Shown one piece after another: positions 1 through 11,730 of a stretch of DNA of 64,000 bases. The notes beneath the pieces were generated by a model. It made no database searches. It was not told the DNA's origin and saw nothing but the letters and a program-made list of their open reading frames with translations. A program made the translations under genes and the position numbers. Source of the DNA: Podarcis cretensis. Taxonomy: Eukaryota. The stretch covers positions 28,334,001 to 28,398,000 of the forward strand of contig OX638153.1 of the NCBI GenBank assembly GCA_951804945.1. The letters run 5' to 3'. Each line of letters starts with the position of its first letter. Position 1 is the stretch's first letter.

Positions 1-996
1 ATGAACGGGGTTGTATCAACTAACATGGATAAGTCACAAAACCAAAATGTTACAAAGGACGGCAGACTACCAAAGACTTTTTTTGAAACGACAGACAATA
101 TGGACTTAATTGACATTTGGAGAACGAAGAACCCCTTGGGAAGAGAGGGAACATTTTTCTCTGAAGCCCAGCTGACTTGGACAAGAATCGACCAAATATG
201 GATAACTAGAGGTCTGGCACCCAAGGTCAGAAAGGTGGAAATCTGCCCAAAGACCTGCTCCGACCATAATGCAACGAAGATGGACATGACACTACTACCA
301 ACCGGCTCCTTTAGATGGAAGATGAATGACAATTTGTTTAGAGATCAGGAGATTGTTGAGAAGGCCCAAAAAGCCTTGAAGGACTATTTTGAGATAAACA
401 TGAACACTATGGTGGAAAAAAGAACTATCTGGGACGCAAGTAAGGCTGTAATGAGGGGGTTCTTGATACAACAGAATGCTGTAAAGAAAAGGATACAAAA
501 TGAGAGGAAAGACAAGATATTGGAGAAAATCAAAGAATTGGAGAAGAAGTTAAGATCAAATCCGAAGTCACAGCCGACCCTGAGAGAAATCAAACTTCAT
601 CAAGCACAATATTCTAAATTGATAAACCAGGAAATAGAGTGGAAGATTAAATTAATGAAACAAAAAACTTTTGAATCGGCAAATAAATGTGGGAAACTGC
701 TAGCTTGGCATTTGAAGAGGAGACAAAAACTAAATACAGTCACAAATTTAGAAATTGAAGGAAGAAATATTCAGAACCCTGTGGAGATCAGAAAGTGCTT
801 CCAGAGATATTTCAAAAGATTATATACTCAAGGGCCGCAAGATGAGGTTGAGATTAAACAATTTTTGGAAAAAAATGGACTAACAAAATTGTCACAAGAA
901 AATAGATCAATCCTGAATTGCAAAATAACACGACAAGAGATTGAACAAGCCATTCAGAACATGCAATTGGGCAAATCAAAGAATTGGAGAAGTTAA
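1..996 (+). pseudogene. L1 ORF2 N-terminal part (APE endonuclease and linker), frameshifted by the internal duplication
   Basis: ORF 1..996 carries APE motifs and leaves the ORF2 frame after ...MQLGKS at the duplication junction (~977). Confidence 0.9.
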
Positions 997-1420
997 GATC
1001 AAATCCGAAGTCACAGCCGACCCTGAGAGAAATCAAACTTCATCAAGCACAATATTCTAAATTGATAAACCAGGAAATAGAGTGGAAGATTAAATTAATG
1101 AAACAAAAAACTTTTGAATCGGCAAATAAATGTGGGAAACTGCTAGCTTGGCAGTTGAAGAGGAGACAAAAACTAAATACAGTCACAAATTTAGAAATTG
1201 AAGGAAGAAATATTCAGAACCCTGTGGAGATCAGAAAGTGCTTCCAGAGATATTTCAAAAGATTATATACTCGAGGGCCGCAAGATGAGGTTGAGATTAA
1301 ACAATTTTTGGAAAAAAATGGACTAACAAAATTGTCACAAGAAAATAGATCAATCCTGAATTGCAAAATAACACGACAAGAGATTGAACAAGCCATTCAG
1401 AACATGCAATTGGGCAAATC
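527..1420 (+). repeat. Tandem duplication inside L1 ORF2 (527-972 and 973-1415)
   Basis: Two near-identical copies differing by one 3-bp indel and two substitutions that I can see. AAATC occurs at 527-531, 973-977 and 1416-1420. Confidence 0.95.
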
Positions 1421-3752
1421 CCCAGGGCCAGATGGGCTGACCTCCAAGTACTACAAGACATTAAAAGACTATCTGATACAACCACTGATGGAGGTCAGCA
1501 ATGAAATTATGGAGGGGAAGAAGGCGCCGGAATCGTGGAAAGAAGCTTTTATCACATTGATACCAAAATCGGAAGCTGAAAAGACACAACTTAAGAACTA
1601 TCGTCCCATCTCCCTTTTAAATGTGGATTACAAAATATTTGCAGACGTTTTGGCAAGTAGACTCAAAAAAGTATTAAATGAAGTAATTCATAAAGACCAG
1701 GCAGTCTTTCTCCCAGGTAGACACCTGTTTGCTAACACAAGGAATATCATTGACATTTTGGAACTTTTGCAAACAGACATAAATACAAAAGCAGTGTTAA
1801 TTTTTATAGATGCGGAGAAGGCCTTTGACAATATCTCTTGGAAATTTATGAAGGGAAATTTAAAAGAAATGGGAGTGGGACGGGGTTTTGAGAATGGGAT
1901 TGATGCAATATATTCAGAACAAAAAGCTAAATTGATAGTTAACAATGTGGTTACAGAAGAGTTTAAAATTGAAAAAGGAACACGACAAGGCTGCCCCATT
2001 TCCCCTCTGCTATTTATTTCGGTTCTGGAGGTGCTCTTGAATATGATCAGAGGGGACCGGTTGGTGGAAGGAATCCAGGTCGGAGTGAAACAATACAAAC
2101 TTAAAGCTTTTGCAGATGACCTAGTTTTGACCCTGCAGGAGCCAGAATCTAGTACGAAAAGAGTGTTACAATTGATTCAAGACTTTGGTCGGGTGGCGGG
2201 ATTTAAATTAAACAAACAGAAAACTAAGGTGCTGGGAAAAAATTTGACAGATACAGAGTCAGAACGGTTTCAGAGAGAGACAGAACTAACTGTGGTTAAA
2301 AAAGTAAAGTACCTAGGGGTAAACATAACAGCAAAAAATCTGAGTCTTTTTAAGGATAACTATGAAAAATGTTGGTCTGAAATTAAAAGAGACTTAGACA
2401 GTTGGACAAAATTGAAACTTTCTTTGTTAGGCCGAATTGCTGCTATTAAGATGAATGTATTGAATGTTATTTTGTTTCAAACACTACAGATTGTGGACAA
2501 GACGGAGTTCTTCCAGAAGTGGCAGAGAGACATCTCTAGGTTTGTCTGGCAGGGCAAAAAGCCCAGAATTAAGTTTAAGATATTAACTGATGCGAAAGAA
2601 AGAGGGGGCTTTGCCCTGCCAGACCTAAAGTTGTACTATGAGGCCGCAGCTTTCTGCTGGCTAAAAGACTGGCTACTTCTCGAGGACACTGACGTTCTGG
2701 ATCTGGAAGGTTTTAACAATGCTTTTGGTTGGCATGCATACTTATGGTATGACAAGGTTAAGATCAATAAGGCCTTTAAGAATCATATTGTCAGAAAAGC
2801 AGTGTTTAGTGTCTGGACAAAATATAAAGACTTATTGGAAAATAAAACTCCAAGGTGGCTTTCACCGCTGGAAGCTAAGGCCCGAAAAAGACCCAATATG
2901 GAGGCCAAATGGCCAAAATATTGGGAAATACTAGAAAAAGATGGAGACAATTGGAAATTGCAGAGTTTGGAGAAAATGAAGGATAAAGTGCGAGACTGGT
3001 TACACTACGCTCAGATTAAAGAAGTTTTTAAAAATGACAAAAAGTTAGGGTTCCAGGTGGAGAAATCGAAGTTGGAAACAGAACTGTTAGAGCCTAAGAC
3101 TAAGGTACTCTCAAGAATGTATAACTTGCTGTTAAAATGGAATACACAAGATGAAATGGCCATGATAAAGTGGGCACAGGACATTGGGCACAACATTATG
3201 TTTGAGGACTGGGAAAGGTTGTGGACCATTGGGTTGAACTTCACTGCATGTAATGCTTTGAAGGAAAATGTAATGAAAATGATATATAGATGGTACAAGA
3301 CCCCAGTTAAACTTGCCAAAATATACCATTTGTCTGATAATAAATGTTGGAAATGTAAAGAAAATGAAGGAACATTCTTTCACCTCTGGTGGACTTGCCC
3401 TAGAGTGAAGGCTTTCTGGGAAATGATATATAATGAGCTGAAAAAGGTATTTAAGTATACCTTCACTAAGAAACCAGAGGCCTTCCTTTTGGGTATTGTC
3501 GGCCAGAAGGTGTTAAGGAAGGACCGAACATTTTTTATGTATGCAACAACAGCAGCAAGGATATTTATCGCTAAGCATTGGAAAACCCAAGATCTACCCA
3601 CACTGGAAGAGTGGCAGATGCAGCTGATAGACTATATGGAACTAGCCGAGATGACCGGCAGAATCCGAGACCTGGGAGAAGAGAAAGTTGAAGAAGACTG
3701 GAAGAAATTTAAGATTTATTTAAAAAAGCATTGTAATTTGGTTGAATGTTAA
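984..3752 (+). pseudogene. L1 ORF2 reverse transcriptase and C-terminal domain (922 aa open, separated from the endonuclease)
   Basis: Complete RT motif set and Cys/His knuckle. The start is a TTG inside the second duplicated copy. Probable small in-frame deletions near KMNVLNVILFQ and QDEMAMIKW. Confidence 0.9.
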
Positions 3753-4024
3753 GAAGGATGCTAGATCATAAACAATTGAGCACCACTAAACTAGATGGAA
3801 TTAGGATGACAAGTGAGATTGAGGAAAAAACATAAACCTTTGGGAGAAATATTAGATTATATTTTAAATGAATGGGATACAAGAATGTAAACAAGATGAT
3901 AAATTGCGGGTAAGAATTGACAATGATGCAAGTGGGAGCGGGAGACGTGAGGGAGTCCAATGAAGCTAAGAAAATATGTTATGATATATGTTTCATTGTT
4001 TTTTATTTCTGCATTTATGTTTAA

Positions 4025-4029
<5 letters not shown>

Positions 4030-4078
<49 letters not shown>
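4030..4078. repeat. (TA)n microsatellite at the L1 3' end
   Basis: Directly visible. Confidence 0.98.
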
Positions 4079-4082
<4 letters not shown>

Positions 4083-4529
4083 CAGTGCAATTAAGCAGCA
4101 CTCTAGTGTGGTGTTTCGCCTTAAGTGATCTGAATATATTTCCTGCTGCTTATAAAGTGGCAAAATCCTCGAGCTTGGAACATTATATAGGCACCAGGGT
4201 GGGGCAGTCCCCCACAGGGTTTCAGACTACAGGACTATTCCTCAGGAGAACTCATACATTTGGCTGTTATATCTCATCCCAAACAAAAGGTGATAGGAAC
4301 ATCAGAAATTGCTTTATACCAGCTCAGTCTCTTTGTCCATCTATTGTGACTGGCTGCAGCCTCCCCCTTGGGTAGGAAGCTTTCACACAACTCAGTGATT
4401 TGAATCTTTTTTTTTTAAGCTGGAGATGCCAAGGAGCTGGTTCATTTAGCAGGCAAAACATGTGTTCTGTCACTAAGCAGTGGCCCTCAAACAACTTTAA
4501 CTTAAATGCATGGCTTTTCCCCAATTCAG

Positions 4530-4730
4530 ACTGCATCCACACCCACACATTTAAATAACTCTTGTACCACTTTAACAGCCATAGCTCTTCTCCCCAAATC
4601 CTGGGAACTTCAGTTTGTTAAGGTTGCAGGGAATTGTGAGGGGTAAAGTCCAGTTTCCAGGGGTTTTGTGGGGGTGAAGCCATGACTATAAAGTGGTGTA
4701 AGAGGACTTGAAATGGATATTGTGGATGTG
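4530..4730. mobile_element. Degenerate palindromic MITE-like element
   Basis: Imperfect inverted arms: catccaca..tgtggatg and accacttta.cagccat..atgactataaagtggt. Confidence 0.6.
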
Positions 4731-5085
4731 ACATCAATGTTGAGTTTCTCAGTTGGAACTTGCTCTGAATCTTTTTACCCTTCCCCCCAGAATTCTCTTC
4801 ACCGTACTCCGTACCAAAACCAGAGATGGCCTTCCCTGCCTCCAGACTCACAGTGCCCTTTGAAGATGTAGTAAATAGCAGAGGAGGAGGAGGTCCTCTG
4901 CCACATAGGTTGGGAGCCTGTGGACCTCCAGGTGCTGATGGACTACAATTCCCTTCATCACTGACCATTAGCTGTGCTGGCTGGAGCCGCTGGGAGTTGT
5001 ACTCCAAAAACCTCCGGAGGGTCACACCCTGCTCTATAGTCAGGGACCTGCACACCTTAAGTAGCATCATCTCCTGCATGTACCT

Positions 5086-5130
5086 CATACCCTCCAACAT
5101 TTCTCTGATGTAAATAGGGACATCCTATTC

Positions 5131-5176
<46 letters not shown>

Positions 5177-5462
5177 CCACCCATCTGACTAGGTTGCCCC
5201 AGTCACTCTTGGTGTCTTCCAACCTATATAAAAACATAATAAAACATTAAACGTTAAAAAAACTCCCCCCTATAAAAAACTCTTCTAAAGGTTGTATACT
5301 TACTTATCTCCTTGGCTTGTGGGTCATACCCTCCAATATTTCTCCAATGGAAATAAGGACGTCCTAAGGAAAAGTGGGACATTCCAGGATCAAATCAGAA
5401 ACTGGGACGGCTTCTGTAAATCCGGGACTGTCTCTGGAAAACAGGGACACTTGGAAGGTCTG
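5086..5462 (+). mobile_element. hAT-like MITE (CATACCCTCCAA.. family) interrupted by a minus-strand L2-like 3' fragment at ~5131-5324
   Basis: Termini cataccctccaa / ttggaaggtctg, with TGTACCT on both flanks. The insert starts with (ATT)n. Related sequence lies at 19511-20710, 28733-29182 and 56846-56960. Confidence 0.65.
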
Positions 5463-7502
5463 TGTACCTCCTGGTTTCTTCAGATCTGTTGTGGAGGCAC
5501 AGCCTTGTGTCTTTCACAGGAATGTGAATGGGAAGGATGCAAATCTGTACTTTCTCTGTGGTGACATACTGCCATTGTGGAAATGCAGCCAAGCTAAGCC
5601 CAGCTGGAGGCATCTCCATGGACCTCTCCACACTTAGTTAAGATGTAGCTGTTCCAGAAAGCATGTCTTGCCGGTTAAGCTGGAGCTGGTGCCATTCTCT
5701 GTTGGGACATAACCTGGAATCTTTGGCTGCGTTTCATGCCGGCTGTTTGTTTCTCATAGTGTTTGGGGGATGTTTTTATTGTAATTGTTTGTGTTTATTG
5801 CACAGTACATAGCTTTGAGTGTTCTCTTTTTGGCAGAGATCGTGAGATAGAAATTTCAATTAATTAATTAATATTTGGCAAAGAAATGAGAGAAAGCAGC
5901 TGGTGTGGTGGGGGCAATGGTGAGTAGCAGCAACACTTTTTAGTACCATTCTGAAATATATTCTGGGAGTGAGCCCTGACACAGATTTAGCCCCAGTGCA
6001 AATTTTGCCACACACACCCTCTCCTGCTGCATATGCTATCCCCACCGCTTTCCCATATTCATAATTAGTGTTGTGGGATAGAATTTTTTGTTTTGCTGTT
6101 ATTTGTTTTAGTGTTTATTGTGAAGATTTCATAGGACACAGCATCTGAATATTCTACTTCAAGCACTGAAGTGTCTTGGGAAGGCTTGTGTTGCTACACC
6201 AAGGGAAGGCACTATAGATATTCATCATTTGCTGTGATTTTTAATAGATATGGCACTGCAGGAGGAAATCTATCCTGAACACAAGCAATTCCCAAGGCCC
6301 CTCCCCCAACGTTAGTGTGTCCTGTGCTTAATATTAGCTATTGGCTTATTGATTACTCTTTATACAAACATGCTAATTCATTTTTCCTTTAACCTCTGAG
6401 ACTTTGAACTACAGGTCTGCTTCTGCAGTTTATTGAAGAACAAGCTCCTTAGTTCTTCGCTAGTCACTGAATGTGAGAGAGCTTGGAAAAGGCAATGCTC
6501 TCTAGAGGGCAGGCTTTGTCTAGTTATGCCTTGAAAGGTTTTCCTGTAAGGCCAAACAGCAGCTTTTGAAAATCTGTTCCTCCCCCAGATGTTGAAACAT
6601 TCTTTATTTTAATATTCCAACCATGCCCTTCTGCTAAATGTGGTCTTCAAGGTACGTATGTTTTAGCAAACCAAACTACATCAGACATGTGGCTGCAAGT
6701 GAACAGAGCCTTCCTGAAATGTACTTACTGCTTCCTTCTCATAACGTGTCTTTTCTCATATCTGGGATGTGGCGTAGCGTTGTACCTTTGGGGTAAATCC
6801 AGCTGGGTCCTTTGCACTAATGGAGAAGGGCTTTTGAACCAGCAGATGGTTCCACTGATGGAAGACGAAGGGAGGCCATTTTTGCTCTTTCACTCCCCTG
6901 ATTCCACCTTGTAGACTCCACCTCCCTCCCTGTTAGGGAAGATTACCCAACTCTCTGGAGCAGATTTCTTGGGGGTGCTGCTGCGGGTAGCAACAGGGAA
7001 GGGAAATTGCCAAGAATGGCCTCTTCCATTAGCAGAGGCCTCACCTACGTCAAAATTCCTTCCGTGAGTGCAAGGCCACTAACTGACCGCCATTAGTTGT
7101 GGGTGGGTGAGTAGGGAAATTCATGACATAACTAGTCACATCACAGAAAGTGAAGCTTCCCAATATGGAGAAGGAATTGAAAAAGCAAAACAGGAAGGGC
7201 CTGCTGGTACCCCCTCCATGTCTACTGTAATGTGTTGTTTGGCTACAAGCCAGATCAGAGAAGCTCCTTTTTTGTTTCTCAAGTTAACCTTGAAATGTGT
7301 TAAGCGGCTACGTGCATTTATTCCATTGTGTGCTTACTGTCAAAATATGCTGTGGAGAGCATACTGGCATTCGTTTATTTATTAATTTATTTTAAAGATT
7401 TATGCCTTGCCCTTCAACAAATTCTCAGGGTACACTGTAAAGAATCAGCATTACAGTGAAAACAACTTAAAACAAAAACATTAAGCCTACATTTTGGCTT
7501 AC

Positions 7503-8019
7503 ATAGAATTGAATTGTAGAGTTGGAAGGGACTATGAGGGTCATCAGGGACGCAGGTGGTGCTGTGGGTTAAAGCCTCAGCGCCTAGGACTTGCCGATCG
7601 AAAGGTCGGCGGTTCGAATCCCTGCGGCGGGGTGCGCTCCCGCTGCTCGGTCCCAGCGCCTGCCAACCTAGCAGTTCGAAAGCACCTCCGGGTGCAAGTA
7701 GATAAATAGGGACCGCTTACCAGCGGGAAGGTAAACGGCGTTTCCGTGTGCGGCTCTGGCTCGCCAGAGCAGCGATGTCACGCTGGCCACGTGACCCGGA
7801 AGTGTCTCCGGACAGCGCTGGCCCCTGGCCTCTTAAGTGAGATGGGCGCACAACCCCAGAGTCTGTCAAGACTGGCCCGTACGGGCAGGGGTACCTTTAC
7901 CTTTACCTTTATGAGGGTCATCTAGTCCAACCCCCCACAATGCAAGAATCTTTTGCCTAACATGGGGCTTGAACCCACAACCCTGAGATTAAGAGCCTCA
8001 TGCTCTGCTGACTGAGCTA
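7503..8019 (-). mobile_element. tRNA-Lys-derived SINE with CR1-like 3' tail (lacertid P.s.1/Squam2-like), interrupted by a Sauria SINE
   Basis: Minus strand reads tagctcagtcagcagagcatgaggctcttaatctcagggttgtgggttcaagccccatg (tRNA-Lys-CTT-like), followed by the CR1-type end ggggttggactagatgaccc..cccttccaactctacaattc. Confidence 0.8.
7547..7909 (+). mobile_element. Sauria SINE (Squam1), young CpG-rich copy
   Basis: gggacgc.ggtgg.gctgtgggttaaa head, B-box ggttcgaatcc, (ACCTTT)n tail; TSD TATGAGGGTCATC at 7533-7545 and 7910-7922. Confidence 0.93.
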
Positions 8020-8968
8020 TGTTGCAGCTTCAGCTTCCCTGTGGTGTGTTTTCACTCCAGTAATGGAGGGAGGGAGGATGCGTCCAGAAGTGAATTTGCT
8101 GTGTTCTTTAACATGCAAAGTACCACAAGGCAGTGCCTGAGCAAAAGCTTGTATCCAACCAAGTAGTGTACTTCCATGTAAGACTACAACTCCTATCATC
8201 CCTGACTGGGACTGGATGGGAGTTGGAGTTGAATAACACATGGGGAACACCACATTGACTAATCCTGATCTACTAGATTGAACTGACTGATGTACCAGCA
8301 CTGAGAGGAAGAAATCTCTAAAGTGATGGTATTTTCTTTGACTAAGGTATGGTTTTTGTGTTAGATTGAACAAATTCATACTGTCAGTATCTTTCGAAAT
8401 GGCAGATATAGTGAAAATGCAACTGATGTTCAGTCACAAAACTGTTGTAAAGAACTGAAGGTTATGAGTGGCAAACACTGTCAATCTTCCCTGTGTGCTG
8501 TGTTTCATGTTGAATGTCAGGGGTTTTTTGGGGGCTTAAATCACACAAGTTGGGAGATTTAACAGTGTTCCAGGTACTTTGCTGCAAGGTTATCTGTTCT
8601 AGAAGAATCAGATCCTTCACCAGGGCAAAATGGAGCCCATTCACTGCATCAAGGATGCAGATCCCAGATCAAGGCTTCCTTGAACCGTGGCAATGACTAA
8701 GGCTCATGAACTATATGTCACCACACAGGCTAAGCTTTGGCAATCGATTGTAAAATGAAAGTATGCTGGCGTACAGGCTTCTCTTCAGGAATCTATTACA
8801 AAGCAAATCAGCAACATCCTCAAACCTAAATGGCCTGTGTAATTCTAGGCTGGATCTACACTGATGTGTTTAATGTTATTAGAACGATATTAGATATATT
8901 GTTCTAAAATGCCACAGGGCATATTTGCAAAGTACGGTAAATGCTGTCTCCCTACTTCTGGGTGCTCT

Positions 8969-8987
8969 GCAGCGCCCTCTGGTGCCA
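8969..8987 (-). promoter_or_regulatory. Candidate CTCF site inside a small repeat element (~8846-9045)
   Basis: Minus strand TGGCACCAGAGGGCGCTGC is close to the CTCF core consensus CCACYAGRKGGCGC. Motif match only. Confidence 0.5.
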
Positions 8988-10894
8988 CATTTTAATAACG
9001 CATTATGGACGTTAAAAGTAGGACATCATGTATCCATATAGTTAGCAAAACCATTCCTTAACCCTTCCTCAAAGTTAAAAACCATGAGTGTAAATCCACC
9101 CCTAGTCTGGTCTGACTGCATTGAAGTGCCTTATTTCTCTCCAGCTGGCAAAACATGGACCTGACAGCTAAAGATGTGGTACATACCCAGGCAATTGCTC
9201 CATTTTGCTCTTTTGTCCGACTGGTCCTAAACGTTTCCAGTCTCATAGAAGAAATATTTAGCTACTGAGCCACACTGCTAAACCTAGATTCTTGTTTGCG
9301 AGATGCAATGTGTAAATGTGTTTGTTAGGTGAACTGCTGTCTCCTTGAACAATACTTTGTGTGATAGATCTCTGAGCAATGATGATTCTTCTGCCTAGCC
9401 TAAGATGATTTGCCTCTGGTTAGAGAGCACATTTCAGCTGCCTCTTGCTGGTAATTCTGCAAATGCAGTTTGATTCAAATCCAAAATGAATTCCGATGCT
9501 TCTTGATTTTAATCTCTATCTGACTTTCGTTCTGGTGCACATCTAATATATTGACGTATATCTTCCTCAAACTGATGATGGTATCTCACTTCGCTGCTCT
9601 CCAATATCGTTGAATTAAGACATCAGAATAATTAATGCTGCTGCCAGATCAACAATGATGCTCCTTTCCATTCCACAGAGCAAGTCTCAGTCTAATTTTA
9701 ATGTGGAAGCATCAGCGAGAGAAGACTTCATTGCCATTAAGAACCAGTTAAACATTAATTAATGGCCATTTAGAGCTTTACGGGGACATGTTTAGTGAAA
9801 AATGCCCCATTGGCAGAATAGGAATTGCCTTCTAATTATCACATGGCTTTGAAAAATTACCTGTGTATCTGTACTATTCCTTACAATTTGATGGCATGTC
9901 TCATATCATGATCTATATAGATAAGGAAAAGTACAGAAGTAAAATGAACTGTTACTTCCCATCTTTCTGCTGGATTTGATCAATTTCCAAGTAAATGTGC
10001 TCAAACTTGTGTAGCAAGCAGAAATGGAAATGGAAACATTTGTCACCTTTAGAGAGAAATGTGTGCAGAGATTGTTAATATTTGCAAACTCACTGACATT
10101 CTGAAAGAGCCCCCCCCCCTCACTCCAGCTACCCCCTTCCCAAAGGAAAAGCATTCTGAGGCACTTCGCTTTGCTCTTTTCTGCTTCATGTTACTATATT
10201 TCCTCATTCTGGTTGTGGGGGGAAAAATCAATAGCAGCTATTAATCATTCTCCCTCATGTGCAAAGACTGTGAACACCTTTAAAGGTGAAATGCAAAGGT
10301 TGGCAGCAACAAAGAAAGGGTATGTGAATTGCCATTAAGTACACCATAAGTGGGGAGACCGTTAAGGTGACAACCATATTCCACTATCTTAGATGTTGTT
10401 CTCCACACAGATGAGGATCTTAACCACTTAATGAGCAAGTCTTCTCTGGTTGCAGCCCCCTGCACCTCCCAAAGAGCTCTTTGGGGGATGTGTAAGGGCC
10501 AAACAGGGAACATACCAAACTCCTAGACTTTTTTTAGCTCACAAAAATTGTCACTGTATGTCCTGATCTCCCTCTTTTCTTATCCCCTTTGTGGTTGAAT
10601 TCTACCAGATTCTACTGTTTTGTTTTTGTGTTTGATTCTTTCTGCATTGTACTTTGAAAATATATACTTTCAAAAGGTACCTGCCAGTCACTGCTGTGTG
10701 GATGCGTTTCTTAATTTCTAATATAAAACTCACGCAATCCCATTACTAGTAGCAAATGGCACAGGGGAACATAAACAGGTCGAAGAGGTTCAAATCCACC
10801 ATTCATTTCATATAGTAAACTTTTTAAGAGAGAATGGGCTCATTTGGGATTCAAAACAAAATGGTTGAGCTTTCCATACTCAATGTAGTTTTAA

Positions 10895-10995
10895 CAAAAT
10901 AAAAGAAAAAAAATTCCTTCCAGTAGCACCTTAAAGACCAACTAAGTTAGTTCTAGGTATGAGCTTTCGTGTGCATGCACACTTCTTCAGATACC
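10895..10995 (-). mobile_element. Penelope-like element terminal-repeat fragment
   Basis: Minus strand gtatctgaagaagtgtgcatgcacacgaaagctcatacc..ttagttggtct.taaggtgctactgg resembles the end of reptile Penelope/Neptune elements and contains a hammerhead motif. Confidence 0.75.
10956..10995 (-). ncRNA. Minimal type I hammerhead ribozyme motif
   Basis: GGUAU-CUGAAGA-A-GUGUG(CAUG)CACAC-GAAA-GC-UC-AUACC: stem I GGUAU/AUACC, CUGANGA and GAAA boxes, stem II, and helix III reduced to palindromic AGCU. Confidence 0.75.
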
Positions 10996-11474
10996 AATGT
11001 AGTTTTGTCCCTTTAAAAATGGAACCTTGTTCTATAAAACTGTATATTAGCCATTGTGGCCAAAAAGGCTTAGTTGAACCACAAAGCTGCTGGAATGAAT
11101 AATTGGCCACCTTTCCTATGTGCATACAAAAGTGCTTTGCACATGCACAGATATTATCTCTCTATTCTGGTCAAAAAGTTTTGGCCCATAGAGTTCATGA
11201 TTATGCTCTTCTCACTGACCAATACTGGTGCTGAGAACCTACTAAAGGTACATAAGTTTTTCTTCAGTAGTGTGTTGGTTCTTCAAGTTTGCTACTTACG
11301 GGTCTTTGCACTGAAGAAACAAAAGAGAAATCTTGAATAAAAGACAATGAATGTTTCTCATTGTGCTTTGTACTCCTCCTGGCTTCTGTAATCAATAGAA
11401 CGCTCAGTGCTTCCTGGTTCACTGAGACAAAGCAAAAGGTTTGGTGGGAATAGCTCAATAACGTCAGATCCTCC

Positions 11475-11730
11475 AAGAAGAAGAAGAAGAAGAAGAGTTT
11501 GGATTTGATATCCCGCCTTTCACTCCCTTTAAGGAGTCTCAAAGCGGCTAACATTCTCCTTTCCCTTCCTCCCCCACAACAAACACTCTGTGAGGTGAGT
11601 GGGGCTGAGAGACTTCAAAGAAGTGTGACTGGCCCAAGGTCACCCAGCAGCTGCACGTGGAGGAGCGGAGACGCGAACCTGGTTCCCCAGATTACGAGAC
11701 TACCGCTCTTAACCACTACACCACACTGGC
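11475..11730 (-). mobile_element. Squam3-like tRNA-derived SINE with (CTT)n tail
   Basis: Minus-strand head gccagtgtggtgtagtggttaagagc..ggttcg, CORE-like body (gctgggtgaccttgggccagtcac), and a tail seen as (AAG)n on the plus strand. Confidence 0.85.

Larger units (their letters stand above)
1..4078 (+). mobile_element. L1-clade non-LTR retrotransposon (window starts inside the endonuclease domain; ORF2, 3' UTR and (TA)n end)
   Basis: APE motifs (WTRIDQIWI, SDH); RT motifs (KSPGPDG, NYRPISLLNVDYKI, IDAEKAFD, GTRQGCPISPLLF, FADD, KYLG); C-terminal CWKC..HLWWTC knuckle. Stop at 3752, then an AT-rich UTR. Confidence 0.96.

Noticed and set aside
7940-8019. tRNA-Lys gene
   Set aside because: It is degenerate and continues into a CR1-like tail, so it is a SINE head.
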